DNA of 64,000 nt from Hyphomicrobiales bacterium (GTDB lineage: Bacteria; Pseudomonadota; Alphaproteobacteria; Rhizobiales; TMED25). Below are positions 51,851-60,716 of the stretch, piece after piece. The stretch is from NCBI GenBank assembly GCA_049602435.1, contig JBMYRO010000006.1, positions 268 to 64,267 of the forward strand, given 5' to 3'. Within the stretch, counting starts at the first letter, position 1, and each line of letters starts with the position of its first letter. Below the pieces are notes generated by a model. It was not told where the DNA came from and ran no database searches. It saw nothing but the letters and a program-made list of their open reading frames with translations. The position numbers and the translations under genes are program-made.

Positions 51851-52624
51851 TTAGACGCCTCTATTCAATGATCTTTGAAATCCTTGACGAACAAGGCTTT
51901 CACATTCTTTCGCAATATCTTTTCTAGTTTTATTTTCTGAGATGTCAATTTTATTATGAAAAGTTACCTCAATATCAAAAACACCGGCCTTAATTATACC
52001 ATACAAGTGTGATAACAAATTCATATCTCCATACCATGCAATTAATTGACGGTGAGACCTTCCCATTGCAAGTCCATTATATTTTTTATATGCAATTGAG
52101 ATTGGTTGTATTTTTATTTCTGATCCTCTGATTTTCTCACAAATTATGAATATTGATGATTTAAATGGAAGTATCTTATTCCCATCTGTAGAAGTTCCCT
52201 CAGGGAAAATAGTTACATTTTCATGATTTAATAATCTATCTTTTATGATATCGGATGTTTCTGTTAATTTTTTGGGACTATTTCTATCAATAAAAATCGT
52301 TTTTTGAAGTTTTGCTAAATAACTTACGAATGGCCATGTTGAAACATCATTCTTTGCAACAAATGATGTGTGAATTATTGAGCTTATAATAAATATGTCT
52401 ATCCAGGAAGCATGATTGGATACGATAAGTGATGCATCAGCAGATGGTGTTCCAACTATTTTTATTTTTATGCTGAGAAGTTTTAATATAATTCGATGAT
52501 AAAACATTGGTATTGTATATGAAGCAGAAAAATTAAATAATCTAATGATAGATTGTATGGGGAGTAAAATTATTGTAAGGAGAATTAAAAAAATTATTAT
52601 GAGTAGAGATTTTATTAGTTTCAT
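51851..52624 (-). CDS. 1-acyl-sn-glycerol-3-phosphate acyltransferase family protein
   Basis: 257 aa. N-terminal TM, HxxxxD motif NHASWIDI, and FPEGTS. Confidence 0.85.
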   Translation of the reverse strand: MKLIKSLLIIIFLILLTIILLPIQSIIRLFNFSASYTIPMFYHRIILKLLSIKIKIVGTPSADASLIVSNHASWIDIFIISSIIHTSFVAKNDVSTWPFVSYLAKLQKTIFIDRNSPKKLTETSDIIKDRLLNHENVTIFPEGTSTDGNKILPFKSSIFIICEKIRGSEIKIQPISIAYKKYNGLAMGRSHRQLIAWYGDMNLLSHLYGIIKAGVFDIEVTFHNKIDISENKTRKDIAKECESLVRQGFQRSLNRGV

Positions 52625-52626
52625 TC

Positions 52627-53049
52627 TTAGCTATTTTTATCATCAGATTTTTTTACCGCATAAATTTCAAGCCGGTGGTTGACAATATTGTAGCCTAAAT
52701 TATCAGCTATACGCTCTTGGAGCTTCTCAATTTCTTCATCATGAAATTCTATTACGTCACCAGTTTCAATATCAATTAAGTGATCATGATGATTAGTAGG
52801 TATAGTCTCATATCTTGATTTGCCGTCTTTAAACTCATGTTTTTCAAGTATTCCATTATCATTAAATAATTTGAGAGTTCGATATACTGTTGCAAGTGAA
52901 ATTTTTTGGTTAATTTTATTTGTTCTTCTATACAACTCTTCGGCATCTGGATGATCATCTGATGCAGATAGTACACGAGCAATTATCTTTCTTTGCTCTG
53001 TCATACGCAATCCAAATTGGATGCATTTTTTTTCGATATTGTTATTCAT
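52627..53049 (-). CDS. fur: Fur-family metalloregulator (Fur/Mur-type)
   Basis: 140 aa. SLATVYRTLKLF, HHDHLIDIETG, and a C-terminal dimerisation region. Confidence 0.85.
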   Translation of the reverse strand: MNNNIEKKCIQFGLRMTEQRKIIARVLSASDDHPDAEELYRRTNKINQKISLATVYRTLKLFNDNGILEKHEFKDGKSRYETIPTNHHDHLIDIETGDVIEFHDEEIEKLQERIADNLGYNIVNHRLEIYAVKKSDDKNS

Positions 53050-53095
53050 ATCTGCAGAGTTTGTCGTTAACGTGATATTTAGTATAACACCAAAC

Positions 53096-53554
53096 TTATT
53101 TATTTACTAATCTATATACTATAGCGTCTATATTCTCATTTGATATTTTGTAGTATCCAATTCTTCTATTAACAGCAGTGAAACCATTTTTTTTATACAA
53201 GTTTATAGCTTGATTATTAGTTTCAGCAACTTCTAAAAAGAACTCTGTGATTTTGAGATCTGATAACGCAGTAATTGTTTTTGACAGAAGTAAATTGGCA
53301 AATCCCTGTCTCCTATACTTTATATCAACAATGATCATATAAATATCACAAATGTCTCTAGATTTTTTTCCAGTAATGAAACCAACGATCTCTGCATTTA
53401 AAGAGAGGACATATGTAAAAGAATTACCATCACTGATTAAATTTTTATAGTAGTTTGAGTCCCAATTTTGATGATATCCTCTGTTCATTATTTCTATAAT
53501 TTGGGGGATATCCTCTATGCTTGCTTCTCTGAAATTGGTAAGAGAGTCATTCAT
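53096..53554 (-). CDS. rimI: GNAT acetyltransferase, RimI-like
   Basis: 152 aa. Acetyl-CoA motif RRQGFANLLL. 8-nt overlap with upstream tsaB, the usual tsaB-rimI pairing. Confidence 0.8.
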   Translation of the reverse strand: MNDSLTNFREASIEDIPQIIEIMNRGYHQNWDSNYYKNLISDGNSFTYVLSLNAEIVGFITGKKSRDICDIYMIIVDIKYRRQGFANLLLSKTITALSDLKITEFFLEVAETNNQAINLYKKNGFTAVNRRIGYYKISNENIDAIVYRLVNK

Positions 53555-54227
53555 ATATCTTTTTCTTTTTATATTTTTTTATATTTAGATCTCTTAAATA
53601 GATTGGTTCAACTAGTGGTTTGTGTGTATTTATAACGCTATGTATTTCTGTTAAATTTTTTTCATCAATAGTGTAGTTAGACTCTAATCTTTCTAAAATT
53701 ATATTTTTTTTTATTGTATGTTTTAGAAGTTCGTTGCTTGTTTCGAGTACAATTGGATTATTATGCTGTATTTGATCAAGTACCTCATTGAAATTTAGGA
53801 TATCAGGATTTTTTTGCATACTTCCAGACATACTAAATTTTTGACAATAAAAATCATCATTATTTGATGGTACCAATACCATTATATGATTATCAGAGAA
53901 TTTATTTTTATTATACGTTTTGGCAATTAATTCATGTTGTGTTAATCCGTAGGAGGGTATATTTCGTGAGATGCTGATCCCTTTAGCGACAGCAATACCC
54001 GTTCTTATGTTCGTATAATTTCCTGGTCCAACAATAGAAAAAACATAATCTAATTGTGTATAGTCTAAATTATTATCCAATAATAATTTTTCAATTTTAG
54101 GTACAATCAAATCACTTGCATATTTTGATTCATTTATTTCTATTTTTGAGGAATGGACCAATTCTTTATTAATTATCAAAGCAACCATTAAGTTGTTTGA
54201 AACAACATCAATAAAGAGGCTTGTCAT
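53547..54227 (-). CDS. tsaB: tRNA t6A biosynthesis protein TsaB (YeaZ)
   Basis: 226 aa. GPGNYTNIRTGIAVAKG, matching the family GPGSFTGLR motif. Confidence 0.83.
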   Translation of the reverse strand: MTSLFIDVVSNNLMVALIINKELVHSSKIEINESKYASDLIVPKIEKLLLDNNLDYTQLDYVFSIVGPGNYTNIRTGIAVAKGISISRNIPSYGLTQHELIAKTYNKNKFSDNHIMVLVPSNNDDFYCQKFSMSGSMQKNPDILNFNEVLDQIQHNNPIVLETSNELLKHTIKKNIILERLESNYTIDEKNLTEIHSVINTHKPLVEPIYLRDLNIKKYKKKKIYE

Positions 54228-54233
54228 CCTGAT

Positions 54234-54785
54234 TTATATAGCCTGTACTTCCATAACTTCAGGGACGTAATGTTTTAGAAGATTTTCTATTCCATTTTTC
54301 AGCGTCATGGTTGAGCTTGGGCAACCAGAACATGCACCTTGCAGGTTAAGGTATACGACACCTGTTTTGAAGCCTTGGAATGTTATATCACCCCCGTCAT
54401 GTGCAACAGCTGGGCGTACTCTTGTCTCAATTAGTTCTTTTATTTTATCAACAGTTTCACTATCGGCTGGATCAAAAAATTCTTCCATTTTAGATACATT
54501 ATCTGCAATCAATAATGGTTGTCCTGATATGAAGTGATCCATAATCTCACCAAGTATAATTGGTTTTAATTGAGGCCATTCAAACTTAGTTTTTGTGACA
54601 GTAATAAAATCATCCGAAAAAAAGACACCCGAAATACCATCAATAGCAAATATCTTTTCTGCAAGGGGTGATTCTTGAGCTTGCATGGCATTGGTATATT
54701 CCTTTGTTGACCCAGGTAAAACATCACATCCGGGAATAAATTTGAGTGTATTTGGATTTGGTGTAGATACTGTTTCTATAAACAT
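54234..54785 (-). CDS. NifU/Nfu-type Fe-S cluster scaffold/carrier protein
   Basis: 183 aa. Nfu N-terminal domain (PNPNTLKF) and C-terminal NifU domain with CSGCPSS. Confidence 0.88.
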   Translation of the reverse strand: MFIETVSTPNPNTLKFIPGCDVLPGSTKEYTNAMQAQESPLAEKIFAIDGISGVFFSDDFITVTKTKFEWPQLKPIILGEIMDHFISGQPLLIADNVSKMEEFFDPADSETVDKIKELIETRVRPAVAHDGGDITFQGFKTGVVYLNLQGACSGCPSSTMTLKNGIENLLKHYVPEVMEVQAI

Positions 54786-54864
54786 ATTAACATTTCCTTG
54801 TTACATCTAATTTAGATATTCGTTCAAAATATTTCAAGTATATTGTGGCACTGTTAAGGTTTCT

Positions 54865-55341
54865 CTAATTTATTGTTAGTTCTAAAATATCTTTTTCTGT
54901 TAGTTGTCCTGGAATGATGGTGATAGGTATTGGAAAGTTTCCGGCTTTTGACCCAACAAATTGACTAACCAATGGACCCGGATTTCCGCTGTCACTTGCT
55001 GCAGCCAGAACAAGTAATGATATTGTACCATCCTCATTAATAAAATTAATTATTTCAGTTGATGGTAACCCAAACCTTATTACTAACTCCGAAACAAGTC
55101 CAGTTTCCAGATTGACTTTTTCAGAATATTCACTCAACACTTCTCTTGCTTTATCTTCAGCCTCTTGCTTCATAATACCCTCAACACCGTAGATATTTTT
55201 AAAATCTGAGGTATTAATTATTCTCAGGAGGGTAAGTCTACCATTAGTTTGTATTGCCCTTCTTGAAGCATAACTGATGGCTCTATGACATTCAGTTGTA
55301 TCATCTACGACAACTAAGAATTTTCTGATTTTTTTTGACAT
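54865..55341 (-). CDS. universal stress protein (UspA family)
   Basis: 158 aa. KFLVVVDDT N-terminus and C-terminal G-rich ATP-loop region SGNPGPLVSQFVGS. Confidence 0.72.
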   Translation of the reverse strand: MSKKIRKFLVVVDDTTECHRAISYASRRAIQTNGRLTLLRIINTSDFKNIYGVEGIMKQEAEDKAREVLSEYSEKVNLETGLVSELVIRFGLPSTEIINFINEDGTISLLVLAAASDSGNPGPLVSQFVGSKAGNFPIPITIIPGQLTEKDILELTIN

Positions 55342-55379
55342 AACAATGAAACATCCAAAATAATATTATACGCTTTATT

Positions 55380-56396
55380 TCAGCTCAAACCTATTATTTT
55401 TTTTGTTTCTATCAGAACGGGCTCAGAGATCTCACGGGCTCTTAGTGCGCCATTATTTAGAATATTATCGATATAAGATTTATCATTCATAATTTTTTTC
55501 ATTTCATTTCCGATGGGACAAATTTTTTCAATAAGCAGTTCTGTTAAGCTGGTTTTTAAATGAGCAAATTGTTTACCACTAAAATCTTCTATAATTTTTG
55601 TTGGAGACTCACCTACGACCCCAGCATATATTGAAAGAAGATTTTTTAACTCTGGGCGATCGTTAATTAATTCATAGTTGTCAGGTATGTTATCTGAGTC
55701 TGTTTTTGCTTTTTTTATTTTATTTGCTATAAGATCAGCTTCATCAAGAATATTAATTCTCGTCATATCTGAAATTTCTGAGCTAGACATCTTTTTTAGA
55801 CCGTCTCTTAGTGACATAACTCTTGGAACAGGACCACTTATCAAAGGCTCTGGTAAGATAAAGAAGTCTTCCCTGTCAGTTAGAAGTTGTATTCTATCTT
55901 TAAAATCTATATTGAATTTTTGAGCAATATCCCTTGACAGTTCTATGTGTTGTTTTTGATCCTCTCCAACTGGCACGTGCGTAGCCTTATAAGCCAAAAT
56001 ATCAGCTGCCATAAGTATTGGGTAAGTATATAATCCCACAGACATGTTCTCTTTATTTTTCCCAGCTTTCTCTTTAAATTGAGTCATTCTATTCAGCCAG
56101 CCAACTCTTGCAACACAGTTTAGAAGCCAAGAAAGCTCTGCATGTTCTTTTACTTTGCTTTGATTGAAAATTATACTTTTTTCAGGATCGAGACCAGACG
56201 CAATAAAGCCAGCTGTAATTTCATTGATATTTTTTTGCAATTTTGATGGATCTTGCCAAACAGTAATTGAATGCAAATCAACAACACAATAGATACATTC
56301 AGCATTATTTTGTAGCTTTACAAAATTTACGATCGCACCCAAATAATTACCTAGATGCAAATTACCGGATGGTTGTATACCAGAAAAAACTCTCAT
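55380..56396 (-). CDS. trpS: tryptophan--tRNA ligase
   Basis: 338 aa. GIQPSGNLHLGNYLG (HIGH region) and KMSSS (KMSKS). Confidence 0.96.
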   Translation of the reverse strand: MRVFSGIQPSGNLHLGNYLGAIVNFVKLQNNAECIYCVVDLHSITVWQDPSKLQKNINEITAGFIASGLDPEKSIIFNQSKVKEHAELSWLLNCVARVGWLNRMTQFKEKAGKNKENMSVGLYTYPILMAADILAYKATHVPVGEDQKQHIELSRDIAQKFNIDFKDRIQLLTDREDFFILPEPLISGPVPRVMSLRDGLKKMSSSEISDMTRINILDEADLIANKIKKAKTDSDNIPDNYELINDRPELKNLLSIYAGVVGESPTKIIEDFSGKQFAHLKTSLTELLIEKICPIGNEMKKIMNDKSYIDNILNNGALRAREISEPVLIETKKIIGLS

Positions 56397-56406
56397 AATT
56401 TAAAAA

Positions 56407-57942
56407 CTATCCTTTGAGTATTTTGTTGAACTCTATTAATTTGAGTTGCACGCACAATATACCATAAAATATCATTCCAATTACTACATATATTATAAGT
56501 GTTAAAAAATTAACAATCTCTGAAACAGAATTTGTAGATAATAAAGTAAAATTTTTGAGACAATATAATAATATGATCATTAAAAGTGAAGCTAATACAG
56601 TTTTAAATAATTGGATTAGAGCAGACTTTTTAACAAAATAAATTTTTTGCTGAATTGACTCATTAATTAATAGAGCTAAATTTAGCCAGGCAGATATCGA
56701 GGTTCCTACAGCAATACCCATGTAGCCAATATTCCTAAATAATATGATTGATAGGAGTATATTCGTGATCATACTATAAACTGCATATTTCAGAGGTTTT
56801 TGTGTGTTTTCACGTGCAAAGAAAAGCGTTTGAAAAATTTTTATAGATATAAATGCAGGAAGTCCGGCAGCAAAAATTATTAATGCTCTGGATGTTGCCA
56901 AGCTGTCTTCGCTTGTGAAGTAACCTCTCTCAAATAAAACAGAAATTATATCGTAAGATAAAAACATGAGACCAAATGTTGCTGGTACTGCTAATAGTAA
57001 TGCTAAATTTATAGATTTATCTTGTAGAGCAAGAATATTGTTTTTTGACTCATTTTTTATTGCAATTGATAATTGAGGTAAAAGTACTACACCAATCGAA
57101 ATTCCAATAAGTGCAAGAGGAAGTTGATAAACTCTATCTGCATAATATAAATATGAAACTGCACTATCTTGGAATGATGCTATTATAGTTCCAATAAGTA
57201 TATTGATCTGTATTACCCCACCTGCACCGATTGCTGGAAAGCATAGACGTAGAAAGTCTTTTATATTTTTGGATATATTTGGAATTCTGATATTTGGTAG
57301 ATATCCGTTTTTGTAACAGCCGTATAGACATAAAAATAATTGTATCAACCCTGATAATGAAAAACTCAAAGTCAAATAAAAAACAGACTCTTCTGAATTT
57401 GGAATGTCCAGATTAATCAAAATTAGAAGTGTCAGTATCATAGATAAATTTAGAAAAATGGGCATCGAAGCGGCAAGTGTAAATTTTTGAATAGAGTTCA
57501 AAACGCCACAAAGAAGTGAAACAAGAGATATAAAAAATAAGTACGGGAAAGATATTCTGGCAAGTTGAATGATTAAGTCAAATTTTTCTTTATCCTCTAT
57601 AAATCCAGGCGCTAGAAAATAAACAAAAAATGGCATGAATAATTCAAATACACACACTATTATAATCAATATCCAGAATATGAAATTAAAAATTTCTCTA
57701 AAAAATATTTTTTTATCAGCATTTGTTGTTTTTTTTGAAAAAAGTGGGATGAAAGATATATTGAGCGTGCCTTCAGCAAGGACTCTCCTGAAGATATTGG
57801 GGAATCTCATTGCAACAAAGAAAACATCTGCAATTCCTCCAGCTCCAAGAGATGCTGCTATGAGAATATCTCTTAAGAACCCAAGCACCCTACTAATGAG
57901 AGTCATACCGGATGTTTTTATTAAAGGTTTAATAATCTGCAT
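56407..57942 (-). CDS. murJ: lipid II flippase MurJ (MviN)
   Basis: 511 aa polytopic membrane protein. N-terminus TLISRVLGFLRD. Confidence 0.9.
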   Translation of the reverse strand: MQIIKPLIKTSGMTLISRVLGFLRDILIAASLGAGGIADVFFVAMRFPNIFRRVLAEGTLNISFIPLFSKKTTNADKKIFFREIFNFIFWILIIIVCVFELFMPFFVYFLAPGFIEDKEKFDLIIQLARISFPYLFFISLVSLLCGVLNSIQKFTLAASMPIFLNLSMILTLLILINLDIPNSEESVFYLTLSFSLSGLIQLFLCLYGCYKNGYLPNIRIPNISKNIKDFLRLCFPAIGAGGVIQINILIGTIIASFQDSAVSYLYYADRVYQLPLALIGISIGVVLLPQLSIAIKNESKNNILALQDKSINLALLLAVPATFGLMFLSYDIISVLFERGYFTSEDSLATSRALIIFAAGLPAFISIKIFQTLFFARENTQKPLKYAVYSMITNILLSIILFRNIGYMGIAVGTSISAWLNLALLINESIQQKIYFVKKSALIQLFKTVLASLLMIILLYCLKNFTLLSTNSVSEIVNFLTLIIYVVIGMIFYGILCVQLKLIEFNKILKG

Positions 57943-57950
57943 AAGTTCAT

Positions 57951-60716
57951 TTATTTTTCTTTTAAAGAGCTCAAAATTAAATCTCTAATTCGATTTAATT
58001 TTTCTTCACTATCAATTTTTTCTCCAAATAAATTCGTTATATAAAAAACATCGTTAGCTCTCTCTCCAAACGTGACAATGTGCGCAGACTTAATATTAAT
58101 ATTGGTTTCCTTTAATATATTAGTAATCTGAAATAGCAGGCCTGGCTTATCTCTTGCCTCAACCTCTACAACGGTTGAGTTGTTTGATACTTCATTTGTA
58201 ATATTAATCTTATTTCTAACTTTAAATGTTTTTTCATGTTGAACATTCTTTTTCTTTTTTGATAACTCTGTATCTAGAGATAATACTCCTCCCAAGCTAT
58301 CTTTTATAATTTGAGATATTTTACCTATTCTTCTATCTTCATCTTGATCATTGAATTCTCTACTTACTGATATTGTATCAATTGCAATTCCATCAACTGT
58401 TGTTTCAATTTGTGCATCTACTATATTGGCATCTAGAAGTAAGCAAGCTCCTGCTAATGTTGCGAGAAGATTTGGGTAATCTGGACCAATAAGAGTGATT
58501 GATGTTGTATTATTTTGTTCATTTTTCGAACCAAATATTTCAAGAGAAATATCTTTAGAGTCCTTATCTTTAAGTATTTGGGCGTGTCTTATTTGATCTT
58601 CAAGTTTAGTAGTTATCCAGTATGAGTCATTAAAGCGTGCCAAATATGAGTTAATAAGTCTCTTTGGCCAATCACTTACATGTTCTATAAATTTATCTTG
58701 TGCATCAAATTTTGCTGTAATGCTTTTTTGCCCACTTTTATTCCCGCCATTAAAATAATCAGTTGTTTGTAGATATAGAGTTTTTAATAAGCCACTTTTC
58801 CAAGCATTCCAGATGTTGGGACCCACAGACATGATATCAGCGACTGTCAATGCTAGTAGATTGTCGAGGTTTGCTTGATTTTTTATAATAGATGCAAAAT
58901 CAACAATTGTTTTTACATCATACAAGTCTCTTTTCTGGGCTACATCACTCATGTAAAGATGGTATTTTATTAACCAGGACACTTGTTCAATTTCATTTTT
59001 TTTCATACCAAGTCTTGAGCAGATTTTTTCTGCGATATTTGCACCAATAATACTATGATCTTGTTTTCGACCCTTGCCGATATCATGTAAGAAGGCAGCA
59101 ATTAGAAGAACTCTCTTATTTTTTAACCCTGCTGAAAAGTTTTTGTTGAATGGATGAGGTTGTTCAAATTCTCCCTTTATTATTTTGTTCATATGGCCCA
59201 CAGTTTTAAGTAGATGCTCATCAACCGTAAAATTGTGGTAAAGATTGAATAATGACATACCTTCTACCTTACCAAATTCAGGTAAAAACTTTCCTAGAAC
59301 GCCGGTATCATTCATTGTTCTTAATGTTACCTCTGGATCTGTAGCATTAGAAAAAATATCAAGTAAAATTTTATTTGCCGATTTACTATTTCTCACAGAA
59401 CTATCGATATATCTAAGAGATCTTGTAATTGATTGAATTATTTGCGGGCTCAATAAGACATTGTCTTGATCGGATATCATAAAAAGTCTAATTAAATCGA
59501 TTCTATTTTTATAGAAGTCAAATTCATCTTTTTTATATAATCGACCTTTCCTAGTATAAAAATTTTCATTTTTCTTTTTAACGGTAAAAATATTATCAAG
59601 TACTTTATATAGCCTTGGTTCACTCTTGATTGATCGATCTTCTAGAGATGAGCAAACTATCCGTGTTAGATTACCAACTTCTTTTGCAGTCATGAAATAA
59701 TGCTTCATGAATCTTTCTACATCTCTTTGCCCGTCTCTGGTTGAATAACCAAGTCTTGAAGCGAGTTCAAGCTGCTTATCAAAAGTCAGGATTTCATTAT
59801 CTCTATTAGAAAGAAAATGAAGATGACAACGCACAACCCATAAGAAGTCTTCTGCTTTTGCAAATCTATTAAATTCAGCCCTAGTTAAAAATTGATGATT
59901 CTTTACAAGATCTTCAATTTTTTCAGGTCTATAGAGATATTTCCCAATCCAAAATAATGTATGAAGATCCCTTAAACCACCTTTGCTCTCTTTTATATTG
60001 GGTTCCACAAGATAACGAGAAGAACCATATGTTAGATGTCTTTGGTCCCTTTCTTCAAGTTTCATTTCGATAAATTCGTCTGCTGTTTTAGCTACTATTT
60101 CTTCATTAAATTTATCGATTAAATTATCGAATAATGTTATTTCACCATGAATATATCTTGCTTCCAGTATGGACGTCCTAATTGTAAAATCAGATTTTGA
60201 TGATTTTAGGCATTGCTGTAAATTTCTAGTTGCGTGGCCAACTTTAAATCCTAAATCCCATAATATATATAGAATATTTTCAATAACAGACTCTGTCCAT
60301 GTTGTAAGTTTATTAGGATATAAAAATAGAAGGTCTATATCTGAAAATGGAGCTAAAGTTCCTCTTCCATATCCTCCAACAGCAACCAAGCACAAGTTTT
60401 CTTCTTCCATTGGACCATTCGATATACAGACATAATTTATCACATACTCGTATATTATTTTTATGAGATCGTCTTGAAATCTTGATATGCTTCTTGCAGT
60501 TCTAAGACCGCTGCCATGTTCAATTAGAGATTTTTCAGCATTTGTTCTGGCGCTATCAATAACATTATTGAGAGTTGAAAGAATCTCATTTCGATTATTA
60601 TTTTTTTTACCTTTACTTTGTTTTGAATTTTGTGTTTGCAGAACAAGTGAACGTATATTTTCTATATCAAATAAGCTATCAGTATTTTCAATTAAATTTT
60701 TTTTATTTTTTCTCAT
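57951..60716 (-). CDS. glnD: [protein-PII] uridylyltransferase / uridylyl-removing enzyme
   Basis: 921 aa. Nucleotidyltransferase GGYGRG...SDIDLL, HD domain FLHDIGKG, and two C-terminal ACT-like segments. Confidence 0.93.
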   Translation of the reverse strand: MRKNKKNLIENTDSLFDIENIRSLVLQTQNSKQSKGKKNNNRNEILSTLNNVIDSARTNAEKSLIEHGSGLRTARSISRFQDDLIKIIYEYVINYVCISNGPMEEENLCLVAVGGYGRGTLAPFSDIDLLFLYPNKLTTWTESVIENILYILWDLGFKVGHATRNLQQCLKSSKSDFTIRTSILEARYIHGEITLFDNLIDKFNEEIVAKTADEFIEMKLEERDQRHLTYGSSRYLVEPNIKESKGGLRDLHTLFWIGKYLYRPEKIEDLVKNHQFLTRAEFNRFAKAEDFLWVVRCHLHFLSNRDNEILTFDKQLELASRLGYSTRDGQRDVERFMKHYFMTAKEVGNLTRIVCSSLEDRSIKSEPRLYKVLDNIFTVKKKNENFYTRKGRLYKKDEFDFYKNRIDLIRLFMISDQDNVLLSPQIIQSITRSLRYIDSSVRNSKSANKILLDIFSNATDPEVTLRTMNDTGVLGKFLPEFGKVEGMSLFNLYHNFTVDEHLLKTVGHMNKIIKGEFEQPHPFNKNFSAGLKNKRVLLIAAFLHDIGKGRKQDHSIIGANIAEKICSRLGMKKNEIEQVSWLIKYHLYMSDVAQKRDLYDVKTIVDFASIIKNQANLDNLLALTVADIMSVGPNIWNAWKSGLLKTLYLQTTDYFNGGNKSGQKSITAKFDAQDKFIEHVSDWPKRLINSYLARFNDSYWITTKLEDQIRHAQILKDKDSKDISLEIFGSKNEQNNTTSITLIGPDYPNLLATLAGACLLLDANIVDAQIETTVDGIAIDTISVSREFNDQDEDRRIGKISQIIKDSLGGVLSLDTELSKKKKNVQHEKTFKVRNKINITNEVSNNSTVVEVEARDKPGLLFQITNILKETNINIKSAHIVTFGERANDVFYITNLFGEKIDSEEKLNRIRDLILSSLKEK